A stretch of 64,000 bases of DNA from Anthoceros angustus (GCA_010909165.1 MU008183.1:434001-498000), one strand, 5' to 3'. Positions 1 to 10,886 are shown, counted from the first letter of the stretch. Notes: a model not told the origin generated them from the sequence alone. A program made the numbers and translations.

Positions 1-250
1 GCAGCTGGAGCGAGGGCATCCAGGTTTCCTAAGTGTAGGAGATTGCAATCGGGCCACCTCTTCAACTTGCTTGCTTGGGAGACTTATGCGGCGTTGGCTT
101 AAGACTTTGACAAATTCTATCAAGTTTTGTGCCAAAGCATACCATGCAAGGAGATATGGAGCGCGGCTAGCTCTATCCTATTTCACAGCGTTCTTTCCGT
201 AGTGGGTATCCATTGCCCTCCAAAGGGCACTTGTAGGAACTATCTTACAG
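1..250 (+). mobile_element. Degenerate 3' fragment of a CRE-like (restriction-like endonuclease) non-LTR retrotransposon
   Basis: Translates with a stop and frameshift to ..GHLFNLLAWETYAALA*DFDKF/IKFCAKAYH..FFP*WVSIALQRAL. This is colinear with the tail of the 11.5-12.7 kb element (GHTFIPLAIEIHEAMGKDFSRFVKACAKAYH..FFRQRVSIILQRALA). Confidence 0.55.
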
Positions 251-323
251 ACAACAGCGACTAGTTCAATAATATGTAATTCATCCAATCTCTCTAATTA
301 TGCTATTGTAGGCATTGTAGGTG

Positions 324-396
324 ACTTTAGACATGAAGTTAGTTCTTTACAGTGTGACCCCAACACACTGTAAAGAACTAACTTCATGTCTAAAGT
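324..396. repeat. Perfect 33-bp inverted repeat with 7-nt loop
   Basis: 324-356 actttagacatgaagttagttctttacagtgtg is the exact reverse complement of 364-396; the loop is accccaa. Confidence 0.95.
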
Positions 397-1155
397 AAAT
401 AAACCTATATCAATGTTTGTCATTAATTATCATTAATTATACTATCTATAAATTTTGTTGGTTTCGATGAGTAATTATACTTACATTTTTTAAGAGATTT
501 ATTACCACCTACATTGATATAGGTTTATTTGCAACTAGGTATAGGGAGAACGTGGACACTTCATAAATATGCAGAGATGGGAAGTCCCATTTGCATTGGG
601 GTGATGGCGAACAACCCTTTAGAGTGCCCCATGCGAAAGGAGACTAGGCCCCCCAAATAACTATGTATAGGTAGATAGGTATATTAGATCATTAATAAAA
701 AATATTAATATTGGTAACTAAGGCCAAAGAAAAAATATGATTGGATTGACATAAACTATTGCTCAAATTGTAAAGATGATAGCTTTCAATTTCACATTTG
801 ATAGTCTTGACATAAGTGTTCAAATGATTGTGAAAGCATGTACGCAAACATTGTCCGATAAACGTGCTTGGCTCAAGTTGCTAACTTTTTTTAACATACG
901 ACTCATGACAATGACATAAAGAATGATGAAACTCTTTGAGAACATTTTCCATTTTTCACTTAATTCCCCTGGTTGTGTGATTATTTTATAGTACAAGAAT
1001 ATTTATGTTGACATTCCTCCTGTTGTTGTATTGAAATCACATTGAATATACCAAAAGAGTATCTCATTTGAAATGTGCTAAGGTATATGTTAGACCAAAT
1101 TTTACCACATGGAGACAAAAAGTCTAGTATAATATCACTGGAAGCCTTGTATAAG

Positions 1156-2520
1156 TCATTTCATGTGTGAGTCACAAACAGTAAACACGCTTTCTGATAG
1201 TAAGAGTGGTAGTTTGTCTATATACACAAAAAGACGTCGTAGATTATCCCTTGCCAGAGTTACCACATCTTGCACGTCATCCATATCAGTGAAGAACCAT
1301 AGATCCCTAGAATTTACCCGTTTCAAACTATCTCTGCAAAATGGACAAGATTGTGATCTGGCATGCCTGCATATAGGTGCAATTTGAAACATGATTAAAA
1401 ATAACTCAATATACATTTGTTATATATATTTTATGCTAATAATCCAAGATCCCCAATGGTGTGCGATATTATTTTATACTTCAAAAATAAAAGCCTACTC
1501 CTCTAAAAATAGGTCTTAGAGTATTGAATATGAAAGTTCTTAACCACCATGTCATATTTTTATTGCTTACCATTCACGGTAGCATTTGATACACATAGCG
1601 TGATTACAATCTGGTAAAGCAATTTTGTTATTTGTTTCCATGCAAATGCCACATTCTTGTTCTCTTTCTAGATCAAGATCAGACATATGTCCTCTTTCTT
1701 CGTCGACCTTCTTTTTGTATCTTTCCAAACAAATTGCTTTCTGTTTAATATCTTCAAGTTCAGTTAAACCACCAGGTAATTGCTGCAAAGAAGGATAAAT
1801 ATAAGCTGCATCCAATAAGAACACTATATCAACATAAATTTAAGATCTTGTAACTTAAACTACATACAATATAGACCAGCTGAAAAAGCCTACAATGTAT
1901 TTTTACCATAGAATTCACGCAAACTGGCTTTTCTTTCGTGTGTTGACATGGTTGTTGTCCCATCAATATAAACCTTTCAAAACATGTTTCCATATTTTAA
2001 GCAAGAACATGGAGAAAAACATATGTCAAATTCCAACTCATCTGAAATGTTTACAACAACAATATAAGAAGATGTGCGACATGACGCTCTTACAATGGAT
2101 GGTTTATCCGGTAAAAAATAGTCACACATCAATATAAAAAAGTCATCACACCTTGTAGATCAGTACTCGTAGGAGTCCCAAAGCACCAGCAAGGCTGCAA
2201 TCAGTCCATCGGACCAAGAAGAGAAGAAAATGAGCTGCCGGGCTGTAGGACAATCTCATTTGCAGACACGCACCATCGTATTCCCGTGGAAATTCTGATG
2301 CTCTAAGTATCAAAAATAAAGGAAGTCAAACTATTATTATAGGTTTGTTCTGCCACTAGCTAGTGTTCATTGTAGGAGCTGGTATACATAAGCTTCTAAA
2401 AATGTTGATTAATAAATGGATTACTTTTACTTACAAAGTATTTGCATGTTGAATATCAGCTTCTAAAGCTTTTAGAGACTCCTTAAAAGTCCTTCCCGTT
2501 CCCATAGCAGGTAGTATCAT
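1156..2520 (-). CDS. AIRP2: RING-HC E3 ubiquitin ligase, AIRP2-like, 5 exons (approx. 2520-2435, 2303-2152, 1974-1907, 1805-1571, 1367-1156)
   Basis: Spliced translation M..GRTFKESLKALEADIQHANTL/..PREYDGACLQMRLSYSPAAHFLLFLVRWTDCSLAGALGLLRVLIYK/VYIDGTTTMSTHERKASLREFY/AYIYPSLQQL..ECGICMETNNKIALPDCNHAMCIKCYREW/HARSQSCPFCRDSLKRVNSRDLW; GT-AG boundaries visible. The ATG could be 2520 or 2505. Confidence 0.9.
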
Positions 2521-3574
2521 GGCGTTGCTAAAGATTAAACAAAATGCTGACATTAGTAGTAGATTGTATACCAATGTTATTTCATCTTGACAATTTATTA
2601 CAAAAAGTTATTTACCTCAAACAATAGAACTGATTACAAAATATTACAGCTCATCAAAAGTTCATTTTTATTACCATGGTCATCATTTAACATATGGTAT
2701 GTTTTTTGTTCTGATGATGTGGGAGCTTCTATGTAGCATTGCAAATAAGCAGGATTTTGGGAAGTAGTAGCTTTGTGGTGTATCAAATCCATGAGAAAAG
2801 ATGTTGTATTTTTCTAAAACTTATAAACATATAATTAATCATCTCATATGAAAGAATTCCAATTTTGCATGTAATGAACAGATGAGTCCAAGTATAATCA
2901 TTCATTGATTCAATGTTCATTCAAAAGTACCATAATTGAACTACAAGATTGAGCATAATGCTTAAGATTTACATAGACCTATCATCTCATATTGTCATAG
3001 TTTCATTATCTTCAGGGATGCATAAACCCCCAAAAGGGGGCGGCCATTTGCTCTTTTCATAGAAAAAGAAACACTTCATACTTAAAGCTTTAGCATTAAA
3101 TTTTAATATACTTACATATTTTTTACACATATAAGTGATAATAATAATAAATATAGTAATAAATATTAAATAATTATGTATTTTTAAATGATTCTTTTTA
3201 ACCTAAATATTATATTTTATGATTAATTACCAATTGCTGATAGTGTTTTCATAAGCTTATTTCATATTTCTGTTACAAGTACTTTAGACTTTTTTCATCT
3301 CTTATAAGTTTTTCCATAAGCTTATTTCATCTCATGTCTCCATAATAGTCTAAACTTTTTTTCATCTCTTATAACTTTTGCCTCTTTTTTCTCTTATCTT
3401 AAACATTATCTCTAGTTCTCATATAGGTATGTGTACTTTGCTTTTACCTCCTTTATGCAGTACTATCTCTGTACCATGGTGGTCCTTCCACCCTTAGCGA
3501 ACATAAAGTTATTGTTGTTGTTGTTGTTAAGTACTCCGCTTTGACTTGAGTGTCTGGGTTTGAATCCCGGTACC

Positions 3575-4110
3575 TGAATATGGTTGCTTCACATAATTGT
3601 ATAGCTTTGCTATTTGCACAGAACATGGTTGCTTCCCGTAATGTATAATGAGAGCCAAGAATTGGTTGCTTCACATAATGGTATATCTTTGCTATTTGCA
3701 CAGAAAATGGTTGCTTCCCGTATATTTCTGCGTTTTGCACATTGTTCGAGTCCCGGTAATGGAATATGGTTGCTTTCCGTACTGGTATATCTTTGCTCTT
3801 TGCACATTGTTCTTGGTTTATTTACCATTGGATCTATTTTCACATCGAAAATACTTTATTTCTAGCTCATTTTGCTCTTTGCCCATTGTTCTTGGTTTAT
3901 TTACCATTGGATCTATTTTCACATCGAAAATACTTTATTTCTAGCTCATTTTGCTCTTTGCCCATTGTTCTATAAGTTGTTGGTATATTTACCAATGGAT
4001 CTATTTTTACAACAAAAATATACTTTATTTCTAGCCAATTTTGCTCTTTGCACATTGTTCTATAAGTCATTGGTTTATTTCGTACTGAATCCATTTTCAC
4101 AAAAAAAAAA
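3575..4110. repeat. AT-rich degenerate tandem repeats (about 4 units of 79-90 bp at 3793-4110, plus a related duplicated block at 3575-3790)
   Basis: The unit ttgctctttgc(a/c)cattgttc... restarts at 3793, 3872, 3951 and 4041. The overlapping ORF-track ORFs are repeat artefacts. Confidence 0.85.
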
Positions 4111-4252
4111 TTTGTAGAAGAATATAGCAAGGTCAGCCTGTCATTTTATAGAAGAATATAGCAAGGTTAGCCTGTCAGTTTATAGAGGAATATAGCAAGG
4201 TACATATAAATAAACCTTTTAATGTTTGCAATAGTTTTCTAAAATGATTACC

Positions 4253-4597
4253 GTACCCCAAGGGGTGATTCGACGTTAATTAATTAAAATTAGTAAAAAT
4301 TGAAAATCTAGATATTATTATACTTGAAATGTTGAATAAGTAAAAATTTATGAGTTTATGATGCCGAAAATAAAGAAATTAGGGTTTGTGTGGAAAATTA
4401 GGGCCTATTTAGGGAGGTCTATAATTATCCATTAGTTTTATATATATACCTATGTATTTTAATAAATGTTGAAATTTGATAAAATTATTTTTTGTAAATG
4501 TTGAAATTTTAAAAAATGTAAATATTTATGTTGAACCTTATTTTTTTCAAAAAATAATTATTTCGGCATTATCCTGTTGAACCACCCCTCGGGGTAC
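4253..4597. mobile_element. Putative MITE, 22-bp TIRs, AT-rich interior, TA flanks (Tc1/mariner-like)
   Basis: 4253-4274 gtaccccaaggggtgattcgac vs reverse complement of 4576-4597 gtaccccgaggggtggttcaac (19/22). The core cccc...gggg (4256-4594) is flanked by TA on both sides. Confidence 0.55.
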
Positions 4598-4829
4598 TTA
4601 TATACTCCTTCATATCCCTCTTGTCCGTTTATAAATGTTGCTTAGCTTGAACTTTTGTGTATTTCATTTCTTTTATGCTACATAATTAAATTCTTTATGA
4701 ATAGTTAAGAACTTTATATCACTCCACTTATATACTTTTGTTTTGGATGATCTTTTGCCTTGGTACACTATCTTAACCCCTAAACCTAAGCAAACAAATC
4801 TAATACGCAGGAATATAGGTGCAAACCAA

Positions 4830-5433
4830 TAACAACAGGAGGGAGTAGCTCGCACGTCGTGGCACAAACACACTCTCCCCACGAGAACAACACGCAAATT
4901 CCTCACACATCGCCTCCTGAGTCATAGCTTTGGCCTCCTCACAACGCCTCAGACAGACATCTGAGGACAAGCTATGATCCGAGCTTGTCTCAATGGAAGG
5001 GTCTATATATACTAGACTGCATCGCATATTCCTAAGATATCCTATTGGCATCGATATGCCGAAATATCCTAAGAATACACTATAATATGCAATATGCCAA
5101 AGCATATTACTTGAGCTTATCCACTTAGCTATTGTATCCTAAGAATACACTATAATATGCAAGGAATATGCCAAAGCATATTACTTGAGCTTATCCACTT
5201 AGCTATTGTATCCTAAGAATACACTATAATATGCAATATGCCAAGCATATTACTTGAGCTTATCCACTTAGCTATTGCTAACCATGTTTAATTAACACTA
5301 ATCAATGCTTAATTAACATAAGCACTTTAGATTAATTAACACTAATTACTTACTTAAAGATAAGTAATTAGATTAATTAATGCTAATCAAACACTAAACC
5401 CAAGTGCAGAGATTAGTATCACACGGCATGACA
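4830..5433 (-). repeat. 3' LTR of the gypsy element (about 604 bp; three copies of an internal ~70-bp unit)
   Basis: Near-identical to 10352-10886. On + it ends ...cacggcatgaca at 5433; the left terminus lacks the tg seen at 10352. Confidence 0.85.
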
Positions 5434-5594
5434 GCTGTCGCACGAGGTAAGCACTTGAATTCATATAAGCACTTCCTCGACCAACAACCAAGCAAACAAA
5501 TCTAATACGCAGATATATAGGTGCAACCAATCCCCCCCTGATAATGTGAGACTCTAAGTCAAAACATTATCATTAGTAGGACTACACACGCACC

Positions 5595-5900
5595 TCATGT
5601 AGCGCATTGTGCACAAAACCAATCTCCTTCGGAATGTCGCCCGAGGTTATGAACCTTGTCCATGAGTGGAGGCTTGTCTTGACATCCTTATGGGCCTGCT
5701 ATGGACTACTCTCCCCACCGGTTGCTCGCCATTTTCTTCTTGCCTTATCGAGCCTGTGCCTCCTGCGGAACACTGGTTCATTCTTGATTAGTTCTATGTG
5801 GAACTTCCCTTTGGTGTACTTCCCCATCTCCGCAAGCGTGAAAGCAAACACATGTCGCGATGCCTCCAACAACTCCTTTAGCCGACGCTGATTGCTCTTC
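5595..5900 (-). pseudogene. Start of the RT region fused across a large deletion to a PHD-finger-like pol C-terminus
   Basis: ..EPVFRRRHRL breaks off at ~5748. Downstream, ..LHSW..GDIP(E)GDWFCAQCAT* needs one added G and stops at 5595; a G7 polypurine tract lies at 5532-5538. Confidence 0.55.
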
Positions 5901-6103
5901 AACTCGACGCTTAACCACTCATGTGGTGGCTCGATGGCTTGCACGCTTCCTCTACGTGCTCGCTCTCCTTGCCCTCCAAACTCGCCTTCTCCTGTTGAGA
6001 TGCGAGTGCTGGAATGTCCTTCACCCACCGAACCCGCCGCTTCAACCCCGCCTTCTTGGTTTGAAGTTGGTAGCGACTCAGCTAAACAACCAGTCATCAT
6101 GTT

Positions 6104-6990
6104 CACGTCAAATGCTTGCCCAAGCAATCGACACCGTTCCTTCTCGGTCACTCCGGTGTCTTCGTGGCTGATCAAATCCATGGCCAACTCCTCTCTGTGG
6201 CTGTTGGCTCTCCCAAGGCCTCGCCATGTCATCCACCACAACGCCGGGCCATGGTTCTGAAGGCGTAAGACTTGGACTTAGACACAAAGGTTGGCCAAGC
6301 CGCCATGGGGTGTCCAGCGTGTTCACAGGAAGTGCGGCTTGTCGCCTTGATGACTTGTTGGGCATGCCTTCCGATGCTAGCACATCCTTGACAACATGAT
6401 TAGGTCGCTTGGTGAACGACCTCGCACACTTCAAATGTTCCAAGGGAGCAAGGTTAGTCCACATGGACCTCAACCTATGAGCCCTCGAACCAAATTGAGC
6501 TGCATCCAATAGAAGCTCCCGACCCAACACTCCTCGGATCGTGGCAAAGTCCTCCGAACTTGCTTCTTCACGCTCATGCATGGCACATTCTCCAACATGT
6601 ATCCACAAGGCCTTTCTTGCCCTTTCGGATCAAGCGCAAGATCCTCATCAGTCATAGAACAATGCTTTCGTGGATCCTTGACCTTGACCTGCAGAGGATA
6701 GTCCTTGACACTCCCAACTGCGATGACAAGGTCCACCGGTTGCCCAAGACAACTCAAATGGGACAACCCTATCATGCGAACATCCATCGGCGCTCGGTAA
6801 CCCTTCACCGACTCCCACGCCGAGGTTAGGTACTCCCCATCAAGTCTCTTACGCGCTCGCGGACACAATCCTTGCTTTTGGATCCGGGTCACAATGCACG
6901 ATCTTCGCACTTTGATGCCACACTTTAGCACCGCCCAAGCCGCATCGATGCCTCCAAAGAGTTCCACGAGCACTATGCCGTCTTCCCGAG
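6104..6990 (-). pseudogene. C5-cytosine DNA methyltransferase catalytic domain inside gypsy pol, frameshifted in this assembly
   Basis: Motifs in canonical order: I GIVLVELFGGIDA (~6945-6980); IV PVDLVIA(G)WECQGLSSAG (Cys at 6708-6710); VI GYMLENV (6584-6592); VIII LLLDAAQFGSRAHRLRSMWTN (~6455-6510); IX EPTATERELAM(G)F-like; X RCRLLGQAFDVNMM (~6100-6135). Confidence 0.85.
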
Positions 6991-7329
6991 GTCGCCATGT
7001 GATGACCGGGTGTTTAGGTCACAAACAGGCTCAACCCTAGGCAAGAACTTGTAGTTCTCCGGCTCATAGGGCACCGGTCCTCTTGCACCATCCTCCAGCC
7101 TTTTGCACGGCTCATTGCTGCAGTCACCAGCTCCGTCCGAGTGACTTGAAGAACCTCCTCCGAGGGTGGTTGCAACCCTAGCTTGTTTTCCTCCTCCTCG
7201 TCGAAATCCTCCATCAGGTCAGTTGCGGTTGTTAGACACACGCCAAGAGGTTCAAGCACGTATGGCGTGTCCTTCACTACGGCGCCAAACACTGGGTAGA
7301 CGCTGTTGGCAATGAGGTTCTCATGATCC

Positions 7330-7760
7330 TTGCCATGCAGCTGCAGAGGGATGCGGGCAATCCGTTCATCGGTTTTGCTCCAGCTTCTCCAGCCTGGTCG
7401 ATAGTAGACTGCTCCGCCCACAAATCCACCATGACCTGTGTTTGTACAAAGCGTCCGCTCCCAAAGAAGACATCAAATGTGTCGCTTGACCAAGCGGTGT
7501 ACCTCGACAAAGGTGAAGTCTGTTCTTGGTTTGAATGAAACCTTCAGCTTGTACCTTGTCACCCCAACACATGCTCCGTGGTCCCAGGTCCGGATCTTCC
7601 ACTTGGTTTCCTTCAACCTTTCTTGGTGGAGACCCAACGCTTCCTTCACTCTTCTTCCAACGATCACCTACCGTGCTTGTCAATCAACACCTCCTTGGTG
7701 CGAATCCATTGATTTCAATGTGCCTCTCCGATTGTTGACCAAAGCCACTCCCACTGCGGC
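7330..7760 (-). pseudogene. Retropepsin-like aspartic protease of gypsy pol, frameshifted
   Basis: Reconstructed EVLID(T/S)..STV/IVGRRVKEALGL near 7680, followed by ..FDVFFGSG..VDLW, typical gypsy protease context. Confidence 0.6.
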
Positions 7761-8131
7761 AAAGATTCCGCTTCTCCACGAGATGCTTGGCTCGAGGTCA
7801 AGAATGACATCATTGCCACCGTGGCACATTGTCGACACTTGCTTCGCCTTCAAGGGTTGTCAACATCCGCCGAGTCAAACCCGACTTCCTTCACGCTCAA
7901 CCCCATGTCTTGTAGGTGAAACATGGCATCTCCGAAGCTTTTGTGCCATCGCCTCCGCCAAGAACTGCATGGGTTTCTCCACATCGCCCACTGACTTTGA
8001 TGTTGCTCCCACAGTTGCTCCTGGCAATGGCTCAAACGACTTTGGCATCTTGGCATAGGTTCGGAAGAGGATCCCAAGCTTCCTTCCGTGTCTTCCGTGA
8101 CCGGTGTCAAGACATCCTCTTCTTCCTCGAG

Positions 8132-9532
8132 CTATCTTCTCTCGTAGCTGCGGAGGTTTCTTCCCTGCCCTTGGATCCGGGTCACCGCCATGTATCCAAG
8201 CTTGTGCTCATCTTCTTCGTCCTCGATGATGAACCGCTCTCCTTGATCTTCGCCGCACCAACTTCTCCAGCTTTGCAAGGCGTGCCACGTAGCTGTCCAT
8301 CGCCTTCTTTGATGCTTCCCGCTTTTGTCCACGGGACTTCGCGGTCCTCCTCCACGGCGCCTTTGCTCTTGATTTTGTGGATGAGGTTGACGCAGATGCA
8401 TTGGCCGGGGTTGCTGCTCGATAACCCGTAGGCCGCAATTCGGATGCTTCTCCCAACATGCCGCTTCATTGTGCCTGCATTCACACCTAGGGCATGGCTC
8501 CTCACCCTTGACTCCTCCGAATGCATGCTCGCACTCATGAGGGGAATGGTCCGCCCTCGGCACCTCACGCAGGGCTCACACTTGGGCTGTGGGCTGGCTT
8601 GTCTCGCCGAGCTCCTCCACTCTGACCTCCGCGTCGGTCATGTCGTCCACCACTCCTACTTGTGCTGGAGTAATCACTTGCAACAGCACGAGAGAAAGTG
8701 TCAGCGGGCCCTATCTTGTCAGCCATCTCGTACACTTCCTTGAGGGTGTAGTGTTGCCCCTTCGTGCTGTGCACCGCTTGTTGCACCTTCATGCGCAGTG
8801 CATATGGCAATGCCTGCAAGTACTTCTCTGCAGCCAGTCGGTCACTCATGATCTTGGTGTCACGTACCAACTGGTCGATTCTTCGGTAAGCCATCTTCGC
8901 AGTCTCGCCTGACTTCATCTTGAAGTGTGTCAGCTCGGAGATCTTCTCATCCGTGCTTGCAGGAAACTCCAGCCGGAAGATGTCAAACATCTCTTCGATG
9001 GGATCGTGCCCACTCGGTGCCACCGCCGTCTGACCGGTTCCTTCGAGCTTGAACTGCTACTCACTGGTCCTCCGGTGGCAAGGTGCCGCTCGTCCTGTGA
9101 ACAACTCCTTGTGCTCGCGATAGCACGCCAATGCTTCATCCCCAAGTACTTGGCATTTGGATGAAGCCGTATCGCTTCGTGTATCCGGTCTTCAATTCCA
9201 TCTCCGCACACACCGCACTGCATTTCTCGATGAAGTCCTCCAGGGCAAGGTGCCCGCCGTCTGAACAACTCCATTCGATCCTTGTCTCCTCCCATCTTGA
9301 CGACTCCAAGAGACAAGTCCTCCTCATTGCCGCTCACCGAGTTGTCCGGCACTAACGTGTCTTGTGTGTTGCCACTCACAGATCCTTCAAAGATTGTTGA
9401 TTGTGTCGCTGGGTTCCTCCGCGTCCTTCGGTGGTACCAAAATCGAGGTGTCGCACTTCTCCTCTTGGTGGGACTTGAATTCGCTCGATGGACTTGGTTG
9501 GTAGCTCCGTCCGGATCGAGTGTGTCCAGCAT
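8132..9532 (-). pseudogene. Gypsy gag (capsid-like region plus CCHC-type knuckle), frameshifted
   Basis: ORF pieces 8930-9532, 9136-9327 (LEDFIEKCSAVC) and 8565-9023 (KISELTHFKMKSGETAKMAYRRIDQL..YLQALPYALRMKV); knuckle CPRCECRHNEAACWEKHP in 8132-8563. Confidence 0.8.
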
Positions 9533-9939
9533 GCACTCCAGGCGGTTAGTGGCTAGATCAAACCCTTAATCAAGGTTAACACACCCCGCTATCTTAGATC
9601 GTGATTAGTGAAACCTCTAAGTATCTATGCATGTTAAAATCGCATAGAAATACTCTGCAGGCTACATCAAAAAATGTGAGCTGGGTGAGTTGGATAGCAA
9701 AGGCATAGAACTCCAGAGTTAAGCACCCGTGGGGTGGATCAGTACCTGGATGGGGTGCCGGCTAACCAGGAGTTTTGGACAGAAAGTGAAATCAAATGGA
9801 CTGATGACATACCTATGTCTAATGACATACCTATGTCTATCCGCTTCCCCCTTTTCCCTTGGAATCCGGGGCCCAAGAGTAAAATACTCTTGTTTCTCCC
9901 TTGGTTGGTTGGCCTTAAAAGGCCAGCCCCTGTGGAGGC

Positions 9940-10320
9940 CTCATTCCTCCTTGGGCTTCTTGCCTTCTTCGCCTCCTCCTTGGCCTTGGGCTTCTTCGCC
10001 TCCTCCTTGGCCTTGGGCTTGGGCTTCTTCTCCTCTCTCCTTGGCCTTGGACTTGGGCTTCTTCGCCTCCTTGGCCTTGGACTTGGGCTTCTTGCCTCCT
10101 GGCCTTGGGCTTGAGCTTCTTCTCCTCTCTCCTTGGGCTTGGTCCCCTCTGGCCTCAAGCCTTGGCCTTGGGCACACTTGAGAGTCCCTTGCCTACTTGC
10201 TTAAAGAGCGAGCGCACAGAGCCTCGCCTAGCATCACCTAGCATCGCCTAGCGTCGTCTAGCGTCACCTAGCATCGCCTAACGTCACCTAGCCTAGCATC
10301 ACACTAAGCCTAGCACGGCC
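9940..10320. repeat. Low-complexity repeats in the gypsy 5' leader (ccttggcc/gggcttcttc units; 10-bp ctagcatcac/ctagcgtcgc units)
   Basis: Visible short-period repeats at 9940-10180 and 10220-10320. Confidence 0.8.
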
Positions 10321-10341
10321 TATCTAGCGTACGCACACGGA

Positions 10342-10351
10342 GATCATAGCT
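10342..10351 (-). promoter_or_regulatory. Primer-binding site of self-priming type (complementary to a segment inside the 5' LTR rather than to tRNA)
   Basis: 10342-10354 gatcatagcttgt is the exact reverse complement of 10489-10501 acaagctatgatc; no tggtatca-type tRNA PBS is present. Confidence 0.7.
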
Positions 10352-10886
10352 TGTAACAACAGGAGGGAGTAGCTCGCGCATCGTGGCACAAACACACTCT
10401 CCCCACGAGAACAACACGCAAATTCCTCACACATCGCCTGAGTCATAGCTTTGGCCTCCTCACAACGCCTCAGACAGATATCTAGAGGACAAGCTATGAT
10501 CCGAGCTTGTCCTCAATGGAAGGGTCTATATATACTAGACCGCATCGATATTCCTAAGATATCCTATTGGCATCGCATATGCCAAATATCCTAAGAATAC
10601 ACTATAATATGCAATATGCCAAAGCATATTACTTGAGCTTATCCACTTAGCTATTGTATCCTAAGAATACACTATAATATGCAAGGAATATGCCAAAGCA
10701 TATTACTTGAGCTTATCCACTTAGCTATTGCTAACCATGTTTAATTAACACTAATCAATGCTTAATTAACATAAGCACTTTAGATTAATTAACACTAATT
10801 ACTTACTTAAAGATAAGTAATTAGATTAATTAATGCTAATCAAACACTAAACCCAAGTGCAGAGATTAGTATCACACGGCATGACA
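10352..10886 (-). repeat. 5' LTR of the gypsy element (535 bp, TG...CA; two copies of the internal ~70-bp unit)
   Basis: tgtaacaacagg...ggcatgaca; TATATATA at 10527-10534. Confidence 0.88.

Larger units (their letters stand above)
4830..10886 (-). mobile_element. Ty3/gypsy LTR retrotransposon, internally deleted (gag-PR-DNMT retained; RT/RNaseH/IN largely missing)
   Basis: Direct repeats at 4830-5433 and 10352-10886 flank minus-strand gag, zinc knuckle, aspartic protease, a C5-MTase domain and the pre-RT motif HVFAFTLAEMGKYTKGKFHIELIKNEPVFRRRHRL. No TSD confirmed. Confidence 0.85.

Noticed and set aside
3550-3760. tRNA B-box-like words (gggtttgaatcccgg, gttcgagtcccgg) suggesting a tRNA or SINE
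   Set aside because: No A-box at proper spacing and no cloverleaf; both lie within a local tandem repeat.
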